Origin: an uncultured delta proteobacterium
GTDB taxonomy: Bacteria; Desulfobacterota; Desulfarculia; JACQYL01; CAWGVV01
Reading direction: 5' to 3'
Assembly (NCBI GenBank): GCA_963826125.1
Contig: CAWGVV010000001.1
Location: forward strand, 1,232,635 to 1,296,634
DNA: 64,000 bases
Of this stretch, positions 1-8,907 are shown in pieces. Under the pieces are notes generated by a model, which was not told the DNA's origin, ran no database searches, and worked only from the letters and a program-made list of their open reading frames with translations. The position numbers were made by a program, and so were the translations under genes. The number at the start of each line of letters is the position of its first letter. Positions within the stretch are counted from its first letter, which is position 1.

Positions 1-837
1 AGAATCGCCAGGGAGAAGGGGTTCGACTATTCGAACGTTACGGGTACCGGCCCCGGCGCGAGGATCGTGAGGGCCGACATTGAAAAGGCCATGGCCGAAC
101 CCCCCGCACCCAAGGCCGCTCCGGCGGCGGCTCCCGGAGTTGAGGGGCCGTTGTTCGAGGAAATCGAACTGAGCAAGATGCGGAAGGTCATCGCGGACCG
201 GCTGGCAGGCAGCAAACGCACCGCGCCTCATTTCTACATCGACATGACGGCCGACGCCACCATGCTGACCCGGGCGAGAAACGATCTGGTGAAGAAGTCG
301 GAGCAGTTGGGCATAAAAATCACGTTCAACGACATCATCATCAAACTCGTCTCCAGGGCGCTACTGGACTTCCCCATGGTCAACGCCAGCTTTCTGGACA
401 CCAAGATCAGGAAGCACCACGTGGTGAACATCGGGGTTGCGGTCGGCGTGGACGAGGGACTGGTGGTGCCGGTGGTGAAAAACGTCGACCGCAAGTCCAT
501 CGCCCAGATCGCCAAGGAAGTGCGGGAGTTGGCCGCGAAAGCGCGCAACAAGAAACTGCTCCCCAGCGATTACGCCGACGGCACATTCACCATCACCAAC
601 CTCGGCATGTACGGGGTGGAAACGTTCCATGCCATCATCAACCCGCCGGAAAGCGCCATCCTGGCGGTAAGTTCCATCATCAACAAGCCGGTGGCGGTCG
701 GCGACCAGGTGGTGGTGAGACCGTGTCTGACGGTGTCGCTGTCCGCCGACCACCGGATTGTGGACGGCGTCATGGCCGCACAGTTCCTGGGCAGGGTGAG
801 GGACCTCATCGAATCGCCCTTTTTAATGGTTGCATAA
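1..837 (+). CDS. Dihydrolipoamide acyltransferase E2 (pyruvate/acetoin dehydrogenase type), 5' end outside window
   Basis: Frame open from base 1 (RIAREKG..VTGTGPGARIVRADI, E3-binding domain); GTFTITNLG, AIINPPESAIL and catalytic DHRIVDG motifs. Confidence 0.93.
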   Translation, partial: RIAREKGFDYSNVTGTGPGARIVRADIEKAMAEPPAPKAAPAAAPGVEGPLFEEIELSKMRKVIADRLAGSKRTAPHFYIDMTADATMLTRARNDLVKKSEQLGIKITFNDIIIKLVSRALLDFPMVNASFLDTKIRKHHVVNIGVAVGVDEGLVVPVVKNVDRKSIAQIAKEVRELAAKARNKKLLPSDYADGTFTITNLGMYGVETFHAIINPPESAILAVSSIINKPVAVGDQVVVRPCLTVSLSADHRIVDGVMAAQFLGRVRDLIESPFLMVA

Positions 838-2047
838 CGCTTATTCATTCAGGGATGCGGCCGCTTTCACGCGCCGCATCGGGCATGGTCCGAGAGAAAA
901 GGCCTTGGGATCGGAAAACGCCAGAGACATTCTGAAAAGAATCACGGCCGCATCTCTGAATGATGCAAAAAGACTCAGTGTTACCGCGCAGATAACCTCC
1001 CATACGTTGTTGCTCACCGGAACGTCCCCCCGGCGCTTCTTCTCCGATCCCGATGTTTTCATTACCCGTCATCTGGCGGTTTCGGAGTACTACGGCCTCG
1101 ATGCTCCGTCACTGTATTACGACATGTACAACATAGAAGCGGAGGCGCTCGGGCAAAAGCTCGTCTGGCTCGACGACATGTTTCCGGAGATCGACGGAAG
1201 CGTCCACCTGATCGACGAACCGCGCACATTGGACAGACTGCGGTCGCCCGATCCCCGGAAGGACGGCAGAATGCCCTTCATCCTGGAGGTGTACAAACGA
1301 CTGGCGGACATCGGGCTGTCGCCCAAGCCCCGATTCTGTGCGCCATTCAGCCTGGCCGCCAACCTGCGGGGGCTCAACAACCTCCTTCTGGACATCCTCA
1401 TCGACCCGGAATTCGCCCACCGGCTTCTCCGTTTCGTCACCTTGGACGTTCTCGCTCCCTGGATAACGACGCTGCGGCAGGTATGCGGCCCGAACGCGTT
1501 CGCGCTGGGCGCCGATGCGTTGGCGTCCCTGCCCATCACCAACCTGGAGGTCATCAGGGAATACGCACTTGCGTACACCCTCCGGTTGAGGGAAGCTGTG
1601 GGCAGCGTGGGAGTGGGGGCATGGTGGGGCGAACGGTTTCTCAAAGACCCGAGGGAGTTGTTTGCCATGAAGGTGCAGGCCAACCCGGGGCAACTGAAAG
1701 GGTACGACCCAGACGTCCACGCAGTGGGGCCGGAAGCGTTCGCCGCGTTTGCAAAGGAACACGGCTGCGCGATCAGCCTGGGCGTGGAGAGCCTCTTCCT
1801 GCGCAACGGGCCGGCCGAAGCCGTCGTGGACAGGGTGAGGAGTTACGTGGAGGCGATGGATTCCTTTTCCACCGCGAACCTCTTTCTCAACGAAGTAAGC
1901 AGGGAATGCCCGCCGGAACACGTTCACGCGGCGATACAAGCCGCGAAATACTTCCGGAAAGACCAGAATTCGCGGACCGGCCGTTTTGCATTCCGGCCGG
2001 TCGAACCGTTTGATCGATGGGCCGAGGCGCACGGAGTGTTTTCCTGA
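830..2047 (+). CDS. Uroporphyrinogen decarboxylase/MtaA-CmuA fold protein; start uncertain
   Basis: YNIEAEALG, PDPRKDGRMP, FCAPFSLAANLRG and C-terminal PPEHVHAAIQAAK typical of the UroD/MtaA superfamily. Confidence 0.75.
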   Translation: MHNAYSFRDAAAFTRRIGHGPREKALGSENARDILKRITAASLNDAKRLSVTAQITSHTLLLTGTSPRRFFSDPDVFITRHLAVSEYYGLDAPSLYYDMYNIEAEALGQKLVWLDDMFPEIDGSVHLIDEPRTLDRLRSPDPRKDGRMPFILEVYKRLADIGLSPKPRFCAPFSLAANLRGLNNLLLDILIDPEFAHRLLRFVTLDVLAPWITTLRQVCGPNAFALGADALASLPITNLEVIREYALAYTLRLREAVGSVGVGAWWGERFLKDPRELFAMKVQANPGQLKGYDPDVHAVGPEAFAAFAKEHGCAISLGVESLFLRNGPAEAVVDRVRSYVEAMDSFSTANLFLNEVSRECPPEHVHAAIQAAKYFRKDQNSRTGRFAFRPVEPFDRWAEAHGVFS

Positions 2048-2117
2048 ACCGCGCGCCTCTTCCCCCTTCGATTTTTTTCATCCGGCTAACTTTTCTCGCA
2101 AGGCGGAGGGTAGGAAT

Positions 2118-3686
2118 ATGAGCGGCAAGAAGCTTTTAGCGGGTATCGATGCGGGAACGACCGGCAGTACGGTGATGATCGCCGATACCGACGGAAACGT
2201 GATCGGAACGGCCTATCGGGAGTACCCGTGCGTATTTCCCCATCCCGGATGGGTGGAGCAGGAAATGGAAATCATGTGGTCCCGCATCTGCGAGGCGAGC
2301 CGGGAAGTGATCGCCAAAACGGGGGTGGACCCGAAAGACATCGCATCGGTCGGGTTTTCCAGCCAGCGCGGGACGTTCATCTGCGTGGACAAGGACATGA
2401 AGCCGCTGGCCAATTCCATCGTGTGGTCGTGCGGGCGCGCCGGGGAGGAACTGAAGTGGATCGAGCAGAATCTGGGAGCCGACCGTTTCCACGACATCAG
2501 CGGCGTAACCCTTTCCGCCATGTGGTCCTACGCCAAGATGAAATGGCTGGTTGACAGAAGGCCCAATCTTCTCGAAAAGACCCATCTGATCCTCAATGGA
2601 CAGGAGTTCTTCCTGCACAAATTCGGCGCCGAGGACCTGGGATCGGACCCCGCATCCCTCACCCTGAACGGCATGCTCGACATCGCCAATCTCACCTGGT
2701 CGGAAGAGTTGTGCAATTTGATCAAACTCCCCTTATGCAAGCTGCCTCCGGTAAAGACGCCCGCCCGCCAGGTGGGCACGGTGTCCAAAAAAGCCGCCGA
2801 GGAGTCCGGGTTCGCCGAAGGGATGCCGATCTGCGTCGGAGCCGGCGACCAGCAGTGCGCAGCCATCGGCGCCGGCGTGATACGGGAAGGGCTGGCGGAA
2901 ATCACCATCGGCACCGCATCGGTCATGGTGGCCCACATCGATTCGCGCAAGCCCGACCCCAAGCACCTGGTCCTGATGGGTGGTTCCGGTATTCCCCATA
3001 AATGGGACATGGAAGGGCTGGCCTTCGCCACCGGCGTGTGTTTGCGCTGGTGGAGGGATACCTACGCCCAAGTCGAAGCGCAGGCCGCCAAGCAATTGGG
3101 ATTGGACACCTACGATCTCATCGGCGCCCAGGCCGCATCCGCCCCCGTGGGCTGCAAGGGATACATTTTCTTCCCCTTCTTCACCGGACAGGTGACCCCA
3201 TACTACGCGGATAACGCGCGCGGAGGCACCCTCGGCCTGTCCCTCATTCACGACCGCGGGATGATGGCGCGGTCCATCATGGAAGGCGGGGCCTACGAAT
3301 TGAGGATGATCGTGGAGGCCATGGAAGAGGTGCTGGGCAAGCCCTTCGAGAGCATCCGGCTTTCCGGCGGCGGCGCCAAGTCTCCCCTGTGGAACCAGAT
3401 TCAGGCGGACGTGTACGGCCGTCCCGTGGAACGGCTGAAGGTGTCCGAATGCACCACGCTGGGAGCGACCATATTGGGGGCCGCGGGAGCGGGTGTGTTC
3501 GGGTCGGTGGAAGAGGCCGTGCAGAGCATGGTCCACCCCATGGACTCCATCGAACCGAACATGGCGAACCACGAAATATACAACGACGTTTTCGACGTGT
3601 TCAAGTCGACGTTCCTCGCCTTGAGGGACGCCGGGGTGTACGACAAACTCGTGGCCATGCAGAACAAGCACTGGGGCGGGAAGTAA
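2118..3686 (+). CDS. FGGY carbohydrate kinase (xylulokinase-like)
   Basis: GIDAGTT, PGWVEQ, GAGDQQCAA, SGGGAKSPLWNQIQAD; ATG 2118 after GGAGG/AGGA. Confidence 0.9.
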   Translation: MSGKKLLAGIDAGTTGSTVMIADTDGNVIGTAYREYPCVFPHPGWVEQEMEIMWSRICEASREVIAKTGVDPKDIASVGFSSQRGTFICVDKDMKPLANSIVWSCGRAGEELKWIEQNLGADRFHDISGVTLSAMWSYAKMKWLVDRRPNLLEKTHLILNGQEFFLHKFGAEDLGSDPASLTLNGMLDIANLTWSEELCNLIKLPLCKLPPVKTPARQVGTVSKKAAEESGFAEGMPICVGAGDQQCAAIGAGVIREGLAEITIGTASVMVAHIDSRKPDPKHLVLMGGSGIPHKWDMEGLAFATGVCLRWWRDTYAQVEAQAAKQLGLDTYDLIGAQAASAPVGCKGYIFFPFFTGQVTPYYADNARGGTLGLSLIHDRGMMARSIMEGGAYELRMIVEAMEEVLGKPFESIRLSGGGAKSPLWNQIQADVYGRPVERLKVSECTTLGATILGAAGAGVFGSVEEAVQSMVHPMDSIEPNMANHEIYNDVFDVFKSTFLALRDAGVYDKLVAMQNKHWGGK

Positions 3687-3713
3687 GTTCTCGTTCGTGC
3701 GGTGAGACATCTT

Positions 3714-3748
3714 CCCTCCCCCGGCCCCTCCTCCGAGCGGGAGGGGAG
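3714..3748. repeat. Degenerate REP-like palindrome of the CCCTCACCCCGGCCCTCTCCC..GGGAGAGGG class
   Basis: ccctcccccggcccctcctccgagcgggaggggag just after the kinase stop; resembles copies at 10567-10612 and 10856-10903. Confidence 0.55.
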
Positions 3749-3939
3749 ATGTTAATACCCATTGGAAAGAGAAGCAGTATAGATTCCTCCCCCGAAGGTG
3801 TCTAAAACTTCCTGAAGCCCCCCTTTCCAAAGGGGGACTTTATTGTCCGGTTTCATTCCACTGCCGTTACGGAGTGGGAGCGCCGGGTTTCCATGCGAGC
3901 TTTAATGCCTGCCGAGGGCGGGTCAGGGTGGGGACAACT

Positions 3940-4680
3940 ATGAAAATTGCGGCAGCTCAGATACGGCTCCGTTCCGGGGTGGAAAAAAACCTGGCGAACA
4001 TTCTCCACTGGCTGGAACGAGCGGCTTACGAAAACGTAGACATCGTAAATTTCCCGGAAACGAGCCTGAGCGGGTACGTCTACGATGCATTCCTCGGACT
4101 GAACGACGACGAGATATATCAGGCGCTGGACACCATCAAGTCACGCGTGAAGGAGTTGGGCATCAACGCCGTGGTCGGGACACCGTGGCGCATCGGGAAG
4201 GAACTGTACAACAGCGTGGCGGTGCTTCTGGCCGACGGAAACGTGTTCTTCTATCATAAACGGAACCTGGTGGAGCCGTTCGAAACGAAGTACTTCGCGC
4301 CGGGCACGGAAAGTCTGGTCTTCTCCCTGGATTCGTTCACTTTCGGCACCATCGTATGCAGGGACCAGAACTCCGCGCCGCAGATCAGCGAGATCAGGAA
4401 AAAGGGCGCGGACGTGCTCTTCATCTCCTGCGCCCATTTCTATCCTCCCAACATCGCGCGGCTGAAGGTGGAGAAAAACCGGGCGCTCCCCATTGTCCGG
4501 GCGTACGAAAACAAGATGTTCGTCTGCAAGGCGAACGCGCTCGGCACCATCCGGGGGGAAATCAACCTCGGACACAGTTTGATCGTGGCGCCGAACGGCG
4601 TGGTGATTGCGGAGGGTGACGAATCGAACGAAACACTGCTCACCTACGAGATCAACCGCCGCACCGATTGGGCGTGGTGA
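3940..4680 (+). CDS. Carbon-nitrogen hydrolase (nitrilase/amidase family)
   Basis: MKIAAAQ start; catalytic triad contexts FPE, YHK, IVCRD; GHSLIVAPNG. Confidence 0.88.
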   Translation: MKIAAAQIRLRSGVEKNLANILHWLERAAYENVDIVNFPETSLSGYVYDAFLGLNDDEIYQALDTIKSRVKELGINAVVGTPWRIGKELYNSVAVLLADGNVFFYHKRNLVEPFETKYFAPGTESLVFSLDSFTFGTIVCRDQNSAPQISEIRKKGADVLFISCAHFYPPNIARLKVEKNRALPIVRAYENKMFVCKANALGTIRGEINLGHSLIVAPNGVVIAEGDESNETLLTYEINRRTDWAW

Positions 4681-4743
4681 GACTGCATCCACAGCCGCTG
4701 TCTTCCCGAGATTTCTCCGTCGCTTCGCGCAGAAAATCCCCTC

Positions 4744-6300
4744 TCACCCCCCCTCGGCCATGTGGGCCGTCATCTCGCGCATGAGTCCGCCCAGCCGGTC
4801 GTACGTCTTTATGTACGATTCCAGGTAAAACGCATACTCCTCGTGATGCTCGCGTATGGGCTCCACTCGATCCCGGATTTTCACCATGCGTCCCGCCGCC
4901 TCCCGAACGTCGGGATACAACCCCGCGGCCACGGCTGCCAATATTGCCGACCCCAGCAGCGGCGCATCCTGCACCCGCGGGATGTGGATGGGGACGTTGC
5001 TCACGTCGGAATGCATCTGCATCCAGAGCCTGCTCCTGGTCGGGCCGCCGCAGGCGTAAATGTCCTGCACCTCGTACCCCGCGTCCCTGAACTGGCGGAA
5101 GATAAACTCGGTTCCGTAGCATATCCCTTCCAGGATGGCCCGGTACACATGCTCGGGCCGATGGTGGAGCGAAAGCCCCCACACGGCGCCGCGCAGGGTG
5201 GGGTCCACCAGCGGCGTCCGGTTCCCCTGAAACGAGTCGAGCACGATGAGCCCGGCCGATCCGATGGGCACCCCGAACGCCAGTTCCTCCATGTGCTCGT
5301 ACAGGTTTTTCTTCCTGTCCGCGGCCTCGGTGCACTGAAAACCGAGGAAATGGGTTTCGAACCATTTCACGATGGAACCGGTGGAAATCTGGCCGCCTTC
5401 CACCGTGTACAAACCGTCGACGACGGCGTTGGGATACGTGCCGAAAATGCCCTTCCGGTGAAACGGCGTGCGGGACAAGCCCAGATGGAGGTGTGACGAT
5501 CCGGTGATGAAGGCGAGCCTTCCCGGCTCCACCACGTTGAGCCCCAGCATGGCCACGAACGCGTCGGCACCGCCTTCCGCCACCACCGTGTCGGGCCTCA
5601 ACCCCAATTCCCGGGCGACTTCCGGCTTCAACGTTCCCACCGTGCTTTCCATTTTGAGGACGTCGCGGGGGAATTTGTCCAAAACGTCCGCCAGCCCGAG
5701 GGTTTCATAGAAAGAAGCCGGGAAGCCCCCTTCCCCGTCGTCGTAATACCATCTGATGGAAGCGTTGTTGATGCTGGCCGTCTTGCGGCCGGTGAGCCGG
5801 TAATTGATGAAATCGAGGTACTCGCACACCGTGGCGGCCTTGCGGTAATGCTCCGGCTCGTTGTTTTTCACCCACAGCGCCTTGCAGGGCATCCATTCGG
5901 CGGAAACGTTGCCGTAGCCATTGTACTTGAGCGACGCGTGGCCTGTGGACGCAATCAACTGCGCCTCGCGGGAAGCCCGCACGTCCATCCACAGGAGAGC
6001 GTTGCGGACCGGGTTCATGTTTTCGTCCAGAAAAACCACGGTACAACTCGTCGCGTCCAGGCACAGACCCTTGATGGCCTCAGGGGAAACCCCGGATTCG
6101 CGGACCAGGCCGGCAATCGTCTTCTTGAGGCACGCCCACCATTCCTCCGGGTCCTGCTCGGCCCAGCCCGACTTGAGGAAGTGGGTCTTGTAGGGGGTGC
6201 TGTTCACGGCGACCGGATTGCCCTCGGGGTCGAATATGCCCGCGCGGAGGGATTCGGTGCCGCCGTCGATGCCGATCACGAAGGGGCCGTCGTTCTTCAT
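4744..6300 (-). CDS. FGGY carbohydrate kinase (ribulokinase/pentulose-kinase-like)
   Basis: GIDGGTESLR, GWAEQDP, WMDVRA, FQGNRTP, CGGPTRSRLWMQMHSD. Confidence 0.9.
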   Translation of the reverse strand: MKNDGPFVIGIDGGTESLRAGIFDPEGNPVAVNSTPYKTHFLKSGWAEQDPEEWWACLKKTIAGLVRESGVSPEAIKGLCLDATSCTVVFLDENMNPVRNALLWMDVRASREAQLIASTGHASLKYNGYGNVSAEWMPCKALWVKNNEPEHYRKAATVCEYLDFINYRLTGRKTASINNASIRWYYDDGEGGFPASFYETLGLADVLDKFPRDVLKMESTVGTLKPEVARELGLRPDTVVAEGGADAFVAMLGLNVVEPGRLAFITGSSHLHLGLSRTPFHRKGIFGTYPNAVVDGLYTVEGGQISTGSIVKWFETHFLGFQCTEAADRKKNLYEHMEELAFGVPIGSAGLIVLDSFQGNRTPLVDPTLRGAVWGLSLHHRPEHVYRAILEGICYGTEFIFRQFRDAGYEVQDIYACGGPTRSRLWMQMHSDVSNVPIHIPRVQDAPLLGSAILAAVAAGLYPDVREAAGRMVKIRDRVEPIREHHEEYAFYLESYIKTYDRLGGLMREMTAHMAEGG

Positions 6301-6887
6301 CGGGGCTCTCCCGAGGGTCGGAGGTTTTTCATAACGCGCGCCATATTGTCCGCAAAACGGCGTATGGTGGCAATCCCTTCGGCGTCCTCCTCCACATCCT
6401 TTTTCCCGCCGGAGCCGCCGAACCCTATGTTCCAGTACGTGGAGCCCACCACGATCATGTCGTTGATGCAGTACCAGAGGAGGAGTTGGGCCAGAGTGAA
6501 ATTGTGCCCCGCCCTGCGCGCGACCACGATGGGCGCTCCGACTTTTCCCGAAAAATACTGCTTGGTCTGCCGCTGGACGTACGCGGCCCGGTCGAGGAGG
6601 CTCATAATTTGCGGCGTGGCGCTGCCGAAATAGACGGGGGAACCGACGATGATCCCTTCGGCCGCCTTCATTTTGGCGAAGACGGGTTCGAAATCGTCAT
6701 CCTTGATGGCGCATTCCAACTCTTTTTTACAGCGAAGGCATCCGTTGCAGGGCTGGATGTTCAATGCGGAGAGATGAATCAGCTCGGTTTCGATGCCTTC
6801 TTCCCGAAGGACTTCCAATGCCTGATTCACCAGGAACGTGGTGTTGCCGTTCTTGCGGGGAGAGCCGACGATACCGATCGCTTTCAT
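6297..6887 (-). CDS. Iron-sulfur flavoprotein / multimeric flavodoxin family
   Basis: GSPRKNGNT, CNGCLRC-x5-C cluster motif, GSPVYFG. Confidence 0.88.
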   Translation of the reverse strand: MKAIGIVGSPRKNGNTTFLVNQALEVLREEGIETELIHLSALNIQPCNGCLRCKKELECAIKDDDFEPVFAKMKAAEGIIVGSPVYFGSATPQIMSLLDRAAYVQRQTKQYFSGKVGAPIVVARRAGHNFTLAQLLLWYCINDMIVVGSTYWNIGFGGSGGKKDVEEDAEGIATIRRFADNMARVMKNLRPSGEPR

Positions 6888-6951
6888 CCCTTTCCTCCCG
6901 ACGGGTGAGACGACGAACGCTTAACGGCACAGGACTGTTTTCAGGACGCGG

Positions 6952-7398
6952 TCACTTGACCGTGATGCACGTACACTCGGCGATGTGGCACACCTTATTG
7001 GACACACTCCCCATGAGGAGCCCCTTGAGGTCCCCGAGGCCGCGGCTGCCGATGATGATGGAGTCCACATTGTTGTTTTTGGCGTATTCGACGATTTTGT
7101 TCGCCGGCTCGCCCGTCTCGATTACTTTGTATACCTTGCACACGCCATTTTCCCGGGCGACGGCTTCCGCCTTGTCGAGAATTTTTTCGCCGATCCGGTT
7201 CAGGATGACGTATTCGGCGGGTTCCTCGATCTTCTCCGACTCCATGTATTGCTTCAGCTCGTTGGAAACATCCACCTTTTGCACGATATGCAAAAGGTAT
7301 ATTTCGCACCCGTGTTTGGACGCCAGTTCCGCTGCGTATTCCACCGCCTTGAGGGAGTGCTCCGAACCGTCCACCGCGACAAGAATCTTTTGTAACAT
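6952..7398 (-). CDS. Universal stress protein (UspA family)
   Basis: ILVAVDGSEHS and IIIGSRGLG..LMGSVSNKV. Confidence 0.92.
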   Translation of the reverse strand: MLQKILVAVDGSEHSLKAVEYAAELASKHGCEIYLLHIVQKVDVSNELKQYMESEKIEEPAEYVILNRIGEKILDKAEAVARENGVCKVYKVIETGEPANKIVEYAKNNNVDSIIIGSRGLGDLKGLLMGSVSNKVCHIAECTCITVK

Positions 7399-7476
7399 AG
7401 CATTCTCCTTTGAGCACCATGGGGCACGTCGGCGCGTGCCTGCTCGGAGCTAAAAAAAACGTATCCCGGGATAAGT

Positions 7477-7658
7477 GCGGGGGAATTTCTTCCCCCGCGT
7501 CCCCTGCGTGAGATTTCTCGCTGCGCTCGAGATGATAAGCACTTGCATACCAGTATTATTATACCAATAACTTAACATTTTTGAGGGAGGGCATGGGAGG
7601 GAACTTTTTTTAAAAAGATCCCCCCCAACAAGCTACTCCGGCTTTCGCCGGGGTGACG
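7477..7658. repeat. Cluster of intergenic REP-like/hairpin elements
   Basis: Hairpin gcgggggaa-tttc-ttcccccgc (7477-7498); gagatttctcgctgcgctcgagatga (from 7510); gggaactttttttaaaaagatcccc (about 7600-7625); tccggctttcgccggggtgac (about 7636-7657). Confidence 0.5.
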
Positions 7659-7683
7659 GTTCGGGTCGTTGCTCCGGCTTGCC

Positions 7684-8880
7684 CTACCCGCAATAGGCGG
7701 CGACGCGTTTTGCCACGAAGTCGACGAAGTTCTGGGTAGCCCCGCTGAACTGTTTTGCCGTTTCCACCAGCGCCGGATGGGTGTTGAACTCCTCCGGGGT
7801 GTAGCCGTCTTCGGCCATGCCGCGTTCGAAGTACGGCAACCGCATGAGTTTGTCCATCACCTCGGTCGGAATCGGGTCGTGCACCTGGTTGCTGAAGGTG
7901 AGGTGGTTGCCGTCCTTTAACAGACCTTCGATATACGGCGGCGGGCAGGTGTACACGATGTCCGCGCCGGCAACCTTCTCCACGTGCCAGCTTCTCAGCT
8001 CCCCGTTCACCGTCGGGCTCATGCGCATTGAGCAAAGCAGCATCTTGCCCTGATAATCGTCGTTCTGTTCCACCAGCAGGCAGGCCTTCTTAAATATGGC
8101 GATCTCGGCCCAGCGCACGTCCGCTTCCGACAGCTCGATATCCTTGGCCTGGGCTTCTTTCTTCAGATCGCCCAGCGTCCCGTACCGCGCGCTCATGGCA
8201 GTGATCACCGACCGCCACTTGGACAAGTCCACGCCGTTCCTGCGGGCTTCTTTCAGTCCCTCGGTTACCGCGTTCATGCAGGCCACGAACTGCGGGATGA
8301 TAAAACTGAGCGTGTTGTTGGTGGGGATTCCCTTGGCCGTCAGCCGCCTGATGACTTCGTATCCTTCGGCCGTGCCCGGCACTTTCACCATCACGTTGGG
8401 GGAAATGGAATGGATTTCCACCCCCTGCGCTTCCATCTGGTCCACGTCGTGCCGCACCCGCGGGTCCGTCTGGCCCGAGATATAGCCGAACTGATACTTG
8501 GATGCATTGAACACCGGCAGGTAGGTCTCGGCGCCGCGCTTGACGATCTCTTTGTACGTCTGCCAGAACACCATCTCGACGTCCGTGCAACGGTCCTTCT
8601 TGATCGAAGCGTCGATCCACTTTGCCCAGTATTCCGGATTGTCCTTGATGGCCGCGTACGACAGCGGCGGGTTGGTGGTCACGCCCCGGAAGAGGTTCTC
8701 AGTCGGTGCGTTCTTTTCGCTGTACATGCGATCGAGCCACCCTTCCATCTCGGTCTTGTCCTTGGCGTCCTTCATCATCTGCGCCCGCCAGTTCGGGAAG
8801 ACCAGAGGTGACGAATCCCACCATATTTCCGCCTTCGGGTTCACTTCCCAGAGTCGTTCCACTACACTCTTGCTCGCCAT
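7684..8880 (-). CDS. Transaldolase-superfamily protein (long, atypical)
   Basis: WWDS, GVTTNP, Schiff-base VKVPGT, NNTLSF..Q, CSMR motifs. Confidence 0.85.
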   Translation of the reverse strand: MASKSVVERLWEVNPKAEIWWDSSPLVFPNWRAQMMKDAKDKTEMEGWLDRMYSEKNAPTENLFRGVTTNPPLSYAAIKDNPEYWAKWIDASIKKDRCTDVEMVFWQTYKEIVKRGAETYLPVFNASKYQFGYISGQTDPRVRHDVDQMEAQGVEIHSISPNVMVKVPGTAEGYEVIRRLTAKGIPTNNTLSFIIPQFVACMNAVTEGLKEARRNGVDLSKWRSVITAMSARYGTLGDLKKEAQAKDIELSEADVRWAEIAIFKKACLLVEQNDDYQGKMLLCSMRMSPTVNGELRSWHVEKVAGADIVYTCPPPYIEGLLKDGNHLTFSNQVHDPIPTEVMDKLMRLPYFERGMAEDGYTPEEFNTHPALVETAKQFSGATQNFVDFVAKRVAAYCG

Positions 8881-8907
8881 TCCGTAGTTCCTCCGCTCGC
8901 TGAAATG

